Assembly: GCA_024679065.1 (NCBI GenBank)
Contig: JAGIQG010000002.1
Location: 40,672,001-40,736,000 of the forward strand
Reading direction: 5' to 3'
Length of the DNA: 64,000 nucleotides
DNA from: Sphyrna mokarran
Lineage: Eukaryota
Under the pieces are notes generated by a model. It searched no databases and was not told the origin of the DNA. It saw only the letters and a list, made by a program, of their open reading frames with translations. The first letter of the stretch is position 1. Each line of letters begins with the position of its first letter. Made by a program: the position numbers and the translations under genes. Below, piece after piece: positions 13,011 to 25,130 of this stretch.

Positions 13011-15584
13011 GAAGTCCAGAAGGAAATTCAGAAAAAAATACCTTTACCCAAAGAGTGATAAGAATATGGAATTCGGCACAACAGGGAATGGTTCAAGTGA
13101 ATAGAAAAGGCATATTTAAGGGAAGGCTAGTCAACCATTTTAAGGAGAAGGAAATAAATAGGAATTTCCGATGGTAGATTTAAATGAGGAAAGATGGATT
13201 GAGACTCAAGATATCCTTGGTATATATTAAGTATATCCAATGTGTAAAGCAGTGTGGGAGTCCCTTTATGGAGTCTCATAGGTTCAGAGCCATACTCTAG
13301 CCATAACAGGAATAAATTACAATACCAAGGAATGTGTTAAAACAACAATTTTATTGAATAATAATAATGATAATTACAATTGATAATATATGAAAAGTAA
13401 AAAGGTATAACTTTATTGAAAGAAGCAAACACTTTTATGAGAAAGACTTTTTTTTAAAAGCATAAAAAATAATTTCAAATTGGCCTAGTTCACAATAGCT
13501 CCCCAAAGTTAATATGTCCAACTTAATTTGCTCCACAACACAACACTAAATTATTAAAAAATTCCCCTAGGTACATATATTACCATTTCTTTTGAATAAT
13601 CTTATGGGGGTGCAGTCATTCTAATATTCTATCCTCTGTCATCAGTGGTTGACTATTCCATTACCATCCTGAGGCCTGGAAGCACTACCCTTTAAGCCAA
13701 ATATCTAGCTCCCTTCCAGCCTTTAAGGCCTGATTCAGACATTCACACAACATCAGTCCTTACTAATTCTCCTCACAGGTATGCAAGTCCATGCGTTCTT
13801 CACAATACCAAAGTTGTTTATACATTTGCCATCCATCAAACAAACTTCGTCTCCAGATAGTTCAATGGTTGACCACTCCAAGTGAGGTTTGTAATCCAAT
13901 GGTCATTGGGCTCTTAGAGATAAGAACAGTTCCTCTTTTTAAAACAATGGCAAAATATATATAACTTTGTTTTTTGTAAACAGCATCACATCAGTCAAAA
14001 CAGCAGCTGTGAATATGATGTGTAAAAATTGTTGTGAATAGTACAAATCTAGTTAACCATTTATTACTGATTGTACGATTGTACTTTGATTATTGATCAC
14101 ATTTAAATTTAAATCAATGTCTACAAAGTACGATTCAATACAAAACAACCTTAAATATTCAATATAGCCTTGAAGCAAGAGCAAAGCAAAAATAAAAATA
14201 CAAAATTGCAGAAATTAGTAACCACAGGCTTCAGGCCGACAACCAGGGTAGCACAGCATTAAAACATTGTAAAAATGTAGCAACATTGGAAATAGAAGAG
14301 AAGGCCATTCAGCCCTTGAAGCCTGCTCTACATTCAACTAGATAATTACTAGTCTTTTATCCCCCAATTGCTGGCCCCAAAGTGTGCTAGTGCCAGGCTG
14401 GCAGTGCCAAGGTGCCCAGTGGACAGTGCCAGGATGCCAGCCTAAGGCCACAAAAACATGGCCTCAGAGAGAGCATGTCAAAAATTGAATATTGACGACA
14501 TACCTACTATAGCTTTAATTTGTGCTCATTTGTGTTATGAACTTCTGCAAGCACATAAAGTCGAGAAAAATCAGATAGTTCACAAGTGTGTGAAAACCAA
14601 ATTTTTTACTTTGATGGTTTTGCGTAGTTTGAGAATTAATCTGAGATTCTCACATCTATATCCCTGTAACTACACTAGAAAGTATTAACTGAACCATTGA
14701 AGGAATCAATAAACTGGCTTCACTATCACTTAACTATATGCAACATCCAAGAGACTGGGACAGTTACAGAGTTAAAAAGAAAGTTTCAAATGATTGAAAT
14801 TCCACTGCTATTTTTACTGCATTGACTAAAATTTACCTGTGATTCTATTTTAAATTGTTTGACAATTGAAATAGTACACAGAGGACTATTGCAGAAGGCA
14901 CTGTAATAAAAATAATATTCAATTACTAATAGTGGATTAAAAGCAAAGCATTGATTTGTACATAAGCAGGTTTGAAAAAAGATTTTATTGAAACAAGTTC
15001 CTCCATCACTGGAGAAATCATTTGAACGGCTATCTACTTCACTGAAATAGGAAAAAAGGCAACCCCATTTTTCAGAGTTAAAATATTCTTTTTACATTCA
15101 ATGCACCTCTTTTTGAGCACCTTACAAAAAAAAAACGCCATAAGAAACAACACTGCCTCACTTATCATTCAAATCTGCCATCAATTTCAGCAGTTAACTC
15201 AGCAGCCGATATGTATTGTGAATAAACTATTATTTCAACTCTATATTAATTCAGCTGCCTCAGGTTGACATAGAAACTCCTCCGAGCCACTTCCAAATTG
15301 TATAATTAGCACTCTCTTGTTGCTTAAATAACAAAAACAGTCATACCATCTTTATCATAGAAAATCAATCCAAAGTACAATGAAATATTAAGGAAAAAAT
15401 ACAATTGCCACTTCAACAGAGTTAACTAAAAGCTTGGCCAGATGTGAATAACAAAAAAACTGAAAGACTTGGTTGATTTTTTTCAAAGTAGCCAACAGTG
15501 CAAATCAAGCAAAGACAAGCTGAAGTAGACATTAAAAAAAAATCAGAAATGGATAAAAATACTAAGCATTACTTACAAATGGAG

Positions 15585-16025
15585 ACTGCTGTGGCTCAAT
15601 GGTAACCCCTTCGGGTTAACGGATAGTGGATCACATCCCATATCAAAGACTTGAACATAAAATCTAAGCCAACTTCAACTCTACCACAGAACTGAAGGAA
15701 TACTGCACTATTGAGGTGCTGTCTTTCATATCAGACGTTAAACCGAGGCCCCGTCCACTCACTAAAATGGATGTAAAAGATCCAATGCCAACATTCCAAA
15801 TGGGAACTGGGGAGTTATTCATAGTGTCCTGACCAATATTTACCATTTGGTGACCACCATAAAAACAGGTTATTATCACATTTGCTAGCAAGGTCACATT
15901 GTATACGAATAGGCTGTCGCTATCTGTGTGCCACAACAGTGACTAGACTTTAAAAGTATTTCATTGGCTGTAAAGCACTTCGGGATAACTCTAGGTCATA
16001 AAATCTGCTATATAAATGCACAATA
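15585..16025 (+). mobile_element. DeuSINE (SacSINE1-like)
   Basis: Deu-like core ggtgctgtctttc...gacgttaaaccgaggccccgtc...gtaaaagatcc; tail gctatataaatgca. Confidence 0.75.
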
Positions 16026-16189
16026 TTTTTCTAAATACCATAAACATAAAGATTGTAATAAATATAAAGGAAAGTGTAGCAAAAGTGACTACACTCAACT
16101 TTAGTTCACCTCTCTTGATTCATCCACTGTTGCTAAATTATCAGACTACTTTGGCACATCCAGTACTCGATAAGCAAAAAATGAGTATA

Positions 16190-16935
16190 TTGGAAATCTA
16201 AAACCCATTGTCTTCCATCAGTGCTCTAAGGCATTCCCTGGTTACCGTCTCCATCCATCTTCTCAGCATCTGTCTCAGATTAAACCACATTTCACTTCGA
16301 TATAAGCTACTGACCAACCCATCTGCACCAACTGTCAATTTCCACCTGTGTAGCATCGCCAGGTTCCACACCTACATTAGCTCATCAATTGCTGAGACCA
16401 CATTCAAGCCTTTGTATTCCAAACATGGCTATCCCAACTCACTCCTGGATTGTCTCCCATATTCTACCCTCCTTGCAGTGATTCAAGACACTGTTGATCA
16501 AGTCCTTATTCACACCAAGTCCCATTCATCTGCCGCACCTTGGTCACTGACCTACATTGGCTCCTGGTCAAGCAACATACTGATTTTAAAATTTTCATTC
16601 TTGTTACCAAATCCTTTTGTACTCACATTCTTGCTCATCTCTGTATTCTCCTCTTCCAGCCCTACAACCCTCCAAGATATCTGTGCTCATTAATCCAGGC
16701 CTGTTGAACAAATCTGATTGTAACCAGAGGTGGCAATGACTGCAGCTGCATTAACACTAGGCTCTGGAATTCCTAGCCCACACCTCTTTGATTCTCCATA
16801 TCTTATTTAAGATGCTCCTCTTTGATCAGGTTTGGCCACCTGCTCTCACATTGCCTTGGTATCTAATTTTGCTTTATAACACTCCTAGCAAGAGCGTGGG
16901 ATGTTTTATTATGTTAAAGGTGTTGTATAAATATA
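16190..16935 (+). mobile_element. L2-clade LINE 3' end
   Basis: FHLCSIARFHTYISSSIAET..YPNSLL resembles L2 FHLRNIARLR..AET..LDYSNALL; tail aaaggtgttgtataaat resembles the DeuSINE tail. Confidence 0.75.
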
Positions 16936-17077
16936 AACAAGGGGCCAATTAGCTCATCTCGGCAGATAGCTATTCTGTGTTTCAGAATAGCAGCAACATA
17001 ATAAGTTTGATTCCAATTCTGGCTGAAGTAGACTTGGGACCTACCCCCTTGTCCTCTCCTGAAAGTGGAAGGCAATG

Positions 17078-17645
17078 ATTCGATTTAATTTATTATCTCA
17101 CATGCATTGGTTTCCAGTGAAAAGTATTATTTCTTGCATGCTATACTGACAAAACATATCGTTAAGAGAGAAAGAAAGGAGACAGCACCCTAGCACAGTG
17201 GTTAACATGCTGCTTCACAGCTCCAGGGTCCTGGATTTGGTTCCCAGCTCAGGTCACTGTCCGTGTGGAGTTTGCACATCCTCCTTGTGTCTGTGTGGGT
17301 TTCCTCCAGCTACTCCATTTCCTCCCATTGTCCAAAGATGTGTGAGTTAGGTTGATTGGCTATGCTAAGAAACTGTCCCTTAGTGTCCAGGGATGTGTAA
17401 ATTAGAAGAATTAATGGGTATAATATGTAGGGATACGGGAGTAGGGCCTGGGTGGGATTGTGTTCAGTGCAAATTCGATGGGCCAAAGGATCTCTTTCTG
17501 CACTGTAGGATTCTATGATCTACGGTACAGAATGAAGTGTTACAGTCATGGTTAAGGTGTAGAGAAAGATCAGCTTAATATAAGATAGATCCATTCAAAT
17601 GTCAGATGACAGCAGGGAACAAGCTGTTCTTGAGTCAGTTGTTAA
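17078..17645 (-). mobile_element. Rex-Babar LINE 3' end interrupted by a V-SINE
   Basis: Reverse match to the 34985-35495 tail (aagaacagcttgttccctgctgtcatc; ttttcactg). Confidence 0.6.
17185..17520 (+). mobile_element. HE1-like V-SINE (tail B, CR1-like)
   Basis: cacagtggttaa head, V-domain, ends tctgcactgtaggattctatg. Confidence 0.85.
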
Positions 17646-18274
17646 GCACAGACTTTTACTGACAAAAATTGCCAAGAAAATTGGATCAGGATGAAGTAAC
17701 AGCAGACAATAGATCAAGGACCTGCCTTTGGGCAGAGCACATACATAAGTGGGTAAGTGTTATTTGCAATACAAAGTTACTAAATTTGCAATTATAACTG
17801 ATGCTTGTCCAGTGAAGATTAGTGCCAACAACATTAAGACAGGGGCACTTTTGACTGTTACGCACAACATATTTTTCTGATGCCTGCAATCAATTACTGC
17901 AAAACTTAGCATGCAAAACAATAAGCTAAAGCAGCTACACAATCAAACTACAGGCAGGGTGAGGCTCCCATCATGCAAGTACAGGAGTGCCTGCATTTTT
18001 GCAAGCACTGGCACAACTCATCTTTTAATCTTTTATCGTAATGCACGACCTATAATATATAACCTATGCAATGCTTTTGGAAAATCCTGATTATCTTTTT
18101 TGATTGCAGGAAGCTGAATTAAATTAAAGAAATCCTTATTTGTGAGATGCAGGCAGATCTGTCTTGAGTGGGGCTTGATTCACACTGGCAGTGTCACTGG
18201 TGAGCAGCCCCTTGCAACTGGTGCCAACATGAAGACCAATTATGAGTAAAAACGCAGAAGATATATTCAGGAAA

Positions 18275-18637
18275 GGTGATGGCCTAGGTGTATTGTCACT
18301 AGACTATTAATCCAGAAACTCAGCCAATGTTCTGGAGACCCAAGTTCAAATCCTACCACAGCAGATGATGGAATTTGAATTCAATGAAAATACGTAGAAT
18401 TAAGAATCTACTGATGACCATGAAACTATTGCCAATTGTTGGAAAAACCTATCTGGTTCACTAATGTCCTTTAGGGAAGAAAATCTGCCATCCTTACCTG
18501 GTCTGGCCTACACATTCCTCTAGAGCCACACAGTAATGTGGTTCACTCTCAACTACCATTTGAACAAGGGCAACTAGGAATGAGCAATAAATACTAAACA
18601 GCCAGCAATGCCCATTTCCCACGAATGAATAAAAAAT
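18275..18637 (+). mobile_element. tRNA-derived SINE, second family
   Basis: A/B-box-like ggcctagg.../gttcaaatcc, ends aatgaataaaaaa; older copy at ~22965-23230; similar LINE tail reversed at ~47010-47170. Confidence 0.7.
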
Positions 18638-19762
18638 AGCTCCTTGATGCAGATTATGAGAGTTTAATACAATTAACTGTGAGATAGCCTATGGAGAATG
18701 AATGATGCAGGAACGTTTAGTTGAAATGGAGGTTTTCACAGTGAAGACTCACTTTGATCCTTGGAAATCTTGCTGCAAGGTGTGTTGAACATTCTATTTA
18801 AGTCCAGGGGACATGGCCACACAAGGATTGTCTATGAGCTAGTTTCCCACAAAAGAGGAAGAGCTGCCATGAGATTGCCAGCTCATTTTGAGAACTGGTT
18901 GCCATGTTTTTACAATCTTGATTTCAGGGTTGGGCATTTGAATTTGGGGTAGCATATGGAGTTGGAGATCCCGACCACTGGTTTTGTGCTATCTTGACCT
19001 CAATCTCCCCAAGAAGAGGTGGAGCAACCAATTGCAATGGACATTCCCTGCTGGCTGGGACCTGTGCTCCTGCTCAACTGGGACAATGGCACGATGGAGG
19101 TGTGGCAACTTCAGTGAAATTTTATTTGATTTCTGGATATTTCTTGACGATCTGATCATGGCTGTGGTCTTTTTGCACTTTATGGATGGGTTATAATCCT
19201 GCAGTTTGTCAATAATCCTGAACTTTGTTCCCGTGTTCTTACTCCTGATTACGTGACACTGTCTTTTATCCTAATAAAGGCATGTGTTAAGCACTGAGAC
19301 TTGGGATTTTTTTTCTTTTCCCTTGCGTGTTGTCCTGTAAATTCAGAATCACTATCTTTTATATCCTTGTTCATATTCTCTTCCATCAGTATGTTCCAAT
19401 GATGGGAGGGGGTAAGGATCTTAATTCCCTGACTGGGGGTCCTCATCTTTCTTTTTACTTGCTGGGGAGCATTAAGAGTGGATTCTATGTCTTAAAGGTT
19501 GTGATACGTATTTTGTTTTTTTAATATAAATGTGCTATAATCCTTGCACAGAAAGAGTACATTCTTTCACAGTTCCCTTTGCTTTCATTATAGAAAAAGT
19601 GAGAAGCATCACAGCAGTCAGGTAGGTGGATGGATGGATGTAAATAAAAGCGATTTGTATGTTCTCATTTTAGTTAAGGAAAACCTCCAATTACAACTTT
19701 TTTTAAAATAATTTTTGTCAGTTATCCTAGTTTGTAAGAAATGTTATGCTTATCCTATAGAG

Positions 19763-19940
19763 GTGATGCGGAGATGCTGGTGTTGGATTGAGGTAAACGC
19801 AGTAAGAAGTCTTACAACACAGGTCAAAGTCCAACAGATTTATTTGATAGCAAAAGCCACTAGCTTTCAGACCACCTGCTACTCCTTCGTGAAATCCCAT
19901 TCACCTGACGAAGCAGCAGCAAAAGTTCCAAAAGCTAGTT
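19763..19940. mobile_element. Penelope-derived element fragment
   Basis: agtaagaagtcttacaacac..aaagtccaacagatttattt..cacctgacgaag. Confidence 0.7.
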
Positions 19941-20296
19941 GGTTGGTTGGTGTGGAGGGGAGGTGTGTGATGGAGCATGGTTGGTAGGTGTTTGAGTATT
20001 TTTGGACTGATTTTCTGAGGTTATTTGACTAGGTAGGCAGAGTTGAGAGCTGTCTGGTTACTTGTTTGATAGGCATGATACCCTTGGTATGGGAGTCCTC
20101 TATGTAGAGAGACAGCTGCATTTAGGGATATCCTAAGTGGAAAATGCTCACTACAAACATTATTAAAAATAGCTAACACCAAGAACTGAATGGCATTCTT
20201 ACCTTAACTTCAATGCAGTAAGTAGTTATCTTGCAAGATATGGCAGGATCCACCTGTCCTGTCACCAAGTTGGTGAGCCTTAGTTACCTTAGTTAC

Positions 20297-20541
20297 AGTA
20301 GCACAGTGGTTAGCACTGCTGCCTCAAAGTGCCAGAGACCCAGATTTGATTGCTGTTTGGGTCACTGTCTGTGCAGAGTTTGCACATTCTCCCCATGTCT
20401 GCATGGGTTTCCTCTGGGTGCTCTGATTCCAGAAGATGTGCTGGTTAGGTGCATTGACCCGAACAGATGCTGGAATGTGACGACTAGGGGAAATTGCAGT
20501 GTTAATGTAAGCCTTACTTGTGACTAATAAATAAACTTTAA
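20297..20541 (+). mobile_element. HE1-like V-SINE (tail A)
   Basis: gcacagtggttagcactgctgcctca head; gtgactaataaataaacttta tail. Confidence 0.85.
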
Positions 20542-23500
20542 CTGAACTGCATCTTAACTTGCCATTTAGAACAGATGAGCAAAATGTGTCACTGTTTCTC
20601 TCCTAGACTTAAGTTACTAGCCAGTTACCCCAATGTTCCAAACTGGAAGAATCCCAGTACTGTTTCAATATGCGTCTTGAATGTTACACACTTGCCCTTC
20701 TATGACACTAGTTTTGGGTTTGGATGATCAAACAATAAAAAGCCTCCGCTGAGCAGCTAGACTTTTCAGTTTCTTGGTTAGAAGTAAATTGGGGGCATGG
20801 ACTATGACCTCATACCTGACCAGAGACCTTCCCTATGCATCCTTTTTCCCCCTTTGGGCAGGGTCACAGATAGAAGTGGTGGTGGGGCTGGGGATAAGGT
20901 ATGAGCCACTTCCTTCTTGGAGGTTTCCTATTCTGTGCCAACTTTGGTGTTGGTGTCCCTTGTCTTCTTCCACTCCCCTTTCCCCGCCTCCAGGCATCAT
21001 GTGACAAGTGGGGACCAAATTATGACTACAGTAAGCTGAGGAACTTGGTTGGCTTACTGATCCCAACCATAATCATGGGCCTCTTACAGTCCAAAGAAGT
21101 AATAATAGATATGTCAGAAAATGTAATAATTACTAATACATTGCTTGCTTCATTAAAGTGGGATATCATTGTCATATAATGATAACATATTTAGAGGTAA
21201 ACTGCTTCTGTTTTAAAAACCTTGGTAAAATGCCTCACTTTTCTCTTGCAACATTGCACAGTACAGGAAAAACTTGGGAAATAATTTGCATAGCAAGGTA
21301 CAATTGTGACAATCAATGTCACCCAAGTCCTTGACACAAAAAAGTTGACAGAATTAATGTTCAAACAAAAAATTCTCTGCAAACATTTATATTGTGCTCT
21401 ATTGTGTTCATATATCTTAAAATCAACCTTACAGAATCAGCTCGAGCAAATTGCTAAATAAAAAAAATTGATCTTGCAGGTGAGACAGCAATTGTAAGTT
21501 GCTAGGTTACCGAAACCACAGCTGATGATCTAGAGACTGCACGGTCCCTTTGTTGTGGATTCAAAAGCAGGTTTCAGTGAGTGAGAGACCCGCTTCTCAT
21601 ATCAATAACAGTTGTTCCTGATGCGCCAAGTGTAACAACGTGATTTATCTAATAAACTTACGTCGTCACTCTAAAACTTAAAATAGAGAAAAATTAAACG
21701 ATTTGTAAGCATACAAAAAAAAGCTATTTTTATTCACATGGTAAACAAAAAGGATACATTCTGTAAAAGCTTCCAATGAAATACGTAATATTATTAATCT
21801 GCCCCAAACATACCATGATCAGGAACTTTCCCGATATCGGCAAAGGCCAATGATAGTCGAGAAAAGCGGCATTAAAACCGCCGACAGCAATGGCAGTCTT
21901 CTGCCATATAATGCGGCGCTCTGAAAAGAAATTAAAGTCACGGGTCCCATAATTTTTTGCTGGCGGGGAAGGCAAATCATAGCCTCATTTGCCCACCCCA
22001 TCATCGGTGATTCATGGTTCCATTTTTTAAAGACCAGTGAGCAAACCAATTCATCCAAGCGCACGCTCCGACTCCTCCCCCACCCCCCCGGCACTATCTG
22101 AGCTGGTTGATCCCCAGCCCCCGCTCCCCACCCACTGAGTACTGCACATATCCAAGCTCCCCTGGGAGTACTGCATGCCATAGATTTCTTGGTGATGACC
22201 TTACATTGACAGCTTCTAGTTCTGCCCTTTCCCAGAAAGAGGTGAGGTTCACTCAAAAGGTTGTGTATCTTTGAACTGCCTACCACAGAGGACTATAGGT
22301 TCTTCACTGTTGGGTAAATTTAACGCTGGATTAGCCAAATTTTGTTTTACCACAGCTTCTAATACAAACACCCAAAATCTTAGAGCAAAAGCAGCATCTA
22401 CACCCCTCAAAGTCATTGATGAACGGAAGATCGTTGGATGCACGTCATTTATATACAGTTGGGAAGAGCCCATTCCAATTATCCACTGATGAGCCCTTAA
22501 TTTAGAGAGGAAACGTCGTTCCGGTGAGTTCGTCTTTTAATGAGCAAATATGAGATGCAGATGAATATAAATATGGTTCTGGCATGGATGAACATGAAAA
22601 TATTTTAACTCGCCAACAGATTTGGGAGAACAGAATTCTAAAATAATCTTCTGCCATCATGCCAAATGTTGTGACCTTCACTGCTGATATGTGGAAAATT
22701 CCATCTTAAATGTGTGATTGGTATGATGCAGCGTTACAGTGAGCAATATCTTCAACCCACATGGTTATCGGGGAGTTTTTAATTTGGAGGAAGAGTTGAT
22801 GCAATTTTTCATAGACTACCAATATCCAACAGTTGTATATTTTGCAGGAAATCATCTTGGTTCCACCTTTCTGAATGTATTTCCCTCTGTTAGCATTAAT
22901 AAAAAAAAGTCGATACATACCTAAAACAGATATCCCTCTAGATGTAAATTCTGTAGGTTATAATAATGTAGTGGCTAAAACACTTGATTATCAACTCAGA
23001 GGTCATAAGTTCAAATCTCACCATAGCATGCATTGAAGTTGTGCGCTAGCAGCAGTACAAATGACAATGAAAGCTGCTTGTCACACTGATTCACTAATGT
23101 CAATTTACTGCCACTACCTGAACTGGTTGATTTTACTGACTTCTGAAGTGGCCTAGTAACGTATTCTAAGGTAAAAACAATCAGGATGATGTATAGTTGG
23201 TATCAGCTCCACATGCAGCAATCAACTTATTTTAAAATTTAAAAAACTCTTGTACAGGCTCAACATTCTCAGGAAATTCCAATATTCTCCAACTTTAATA
23301 TCAATTCCTATAGCCTATGTAATGAATACTGACTCCTATTTTTGTGACCAGTCATTTTTTGCACTTATTGTAATTTGGTAAAAATTGGGTATCTTTAACT
23401 TAGACACTTGAAGAATAAAAATCATGAAATACCCTAACTTCTCAGCTAAAAAGTAATCTTGCTCTCTTAAAATTCCATTTATTATGCATTGATCGCCTTT

Positions 23501-23848
23501 TTTGAGATATATTCTGTGAAGGAGGTTTTCCTGAATTCATTTCTAACTAATTTAGCTCAAACCCTGGAATTATTCCACTTGTTCTAGAATTCCCCAGTCA
23601 AGATTGTTCCCTACATACCTGGTCCTGATCTTACAGAACTTAACACACTTTCAAATTACTTATTTTTCTCCAGGAACACTACCCATTCTCTCACAACATT
23701 CAGGTTCTTCAACTCAGGTAACATCCGGGTGGACTGCCGCGGAATTTTTGCCAACACCATTAAATGCTCTCTAATGTAGCTTCTTAGAACTGAACACAAT
23801 ATTCCAAAATGACATCAAGTCAGATGATTTATAAATGAAGTATCACGC

Positions 23849-24140
23849 AGGAGGCCATTCAGCCCATCGAGCCTGCACTGACAATAATCCCACTCAGGTT
23901 CTATCCCCATAACTGCACATACTTACCCTGCTATTGCCGATACTAAGGGGCAATTTAGCATGATCAATCTATCTAACCTACACATCTTTGGACTGTAGGA
24001 GGAAACTGAAGCAGCCAAAGGAAACTCAAGCAGACGTAGGAGAATGTATAACTACATACAGACAGTTACCCGAGGCCAGAACTGAACCCAGGTCCCAGGT
24101 GCTGTAAGGCAGCAGTGCTAACTGCATCATGCCGCTGTGC
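23849..24140 (-). mobile_element. HE1-like V-SINE (tail B) within an old CR1 fragment (~23440-23830)
   Basis: Reverse V-domain and head. Confidence 0.82.
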
Positions 24141-24395
24141 TGCTCACTTCCTTGCTTTTTCATTTTACACCTCTACTGATGATGTCCAGCAATGCATTAG
24201 TCTTTAGCACTTACCCAATCAGTTCAGTTATCATTTCTCACTCTTCACCACCCCCTAATATAAATACAGACGTACAGAATTGTGACTCCAAGTGAAGAAA
24301 CTCTTGACCAGATAATTACTATGGCCAATATTAGATGATTACTTAACATAGTCACATGGCATTCCTCTGTCATTCTTTTGGTAGAGACATGATGG

Positions 24396-25130
24396 TGCAA
24401 GATTTTCCCTGCAGGCTTGTGAATCCTGTAGTCAGGCTCAAACTTGGGGCAAAACCCACACTGTGTAAGAAATAGTCACAGTTATTTTTGCCAGAGCTGC
24501 CAATTAACAGCTAGTCAGCAGGCTCCTCTATCCAATTAAGGATCATGGACAGGTTATTGAAACTAAGGGCCTTCTTGCTGAAAAACAGCAGTAGAATGCC
24601 ATAGCAGTGAGTGAGAGAATTCCTCAAAAAAGAACACTTCCACTTTTTTGATTTTATCTGATTTGATTTATTGTCAATTTAAGAATGGTCTTTTCAGTTG
24701 TGCCATTACTGTGAGGTTAGTCAGGGGGTTGGGTTAGAAGCAGTGACGAGGCACTGTGCAAGGTATACTCCTTTACAGGGTGGCTGGTAGCTGCTACTAC
24801 ACCCACACAGGTTGACAGGACCTGGAATATGAGTCCTCCCTGGTCTTCTGCCAGAAGGTTGCTTCCAGGGAATTAAACTGACTTTGATGTCTCTGAGAAC
24901 CTGGTGGCAGATTGGAAAATCTCAATCCATCTTATTAGCTGATTCCTGATAGAAATTTAATTGGGACAATAGGCTACCTGCCGCTTGCAAGCCAATAACC
25001 TGGCCACATCCCTCTAATCCCACTCGCCTATGGGAAGATAATGCAGCAAGTATACCGGTGAACTGGTATGCAGGCCAGCAGCATGAAATTCCATGCCTGT
25101 CTGCCTCCATTTCAGGCTAAAAATTCTACA
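24396..25130. mobile_element. Degenerate MITE-like element
   Basis: Imperfect terminal inverted repeats gtgcaagatttt / aaaattctacac; no ORF. Confidence 0.4.

Noticed and set aside
18700-19500. Possible old LINE ORF1/endonuclease remnant
   Set aside because: No diagnostic motif recognisable by eye
20190-20220. Donor-like ...TTGAAGTTAAG|gtaag as the end of a SPAG6 exon (AKLK)
   Set aside because: Upstream translation does not match armadillo repeats
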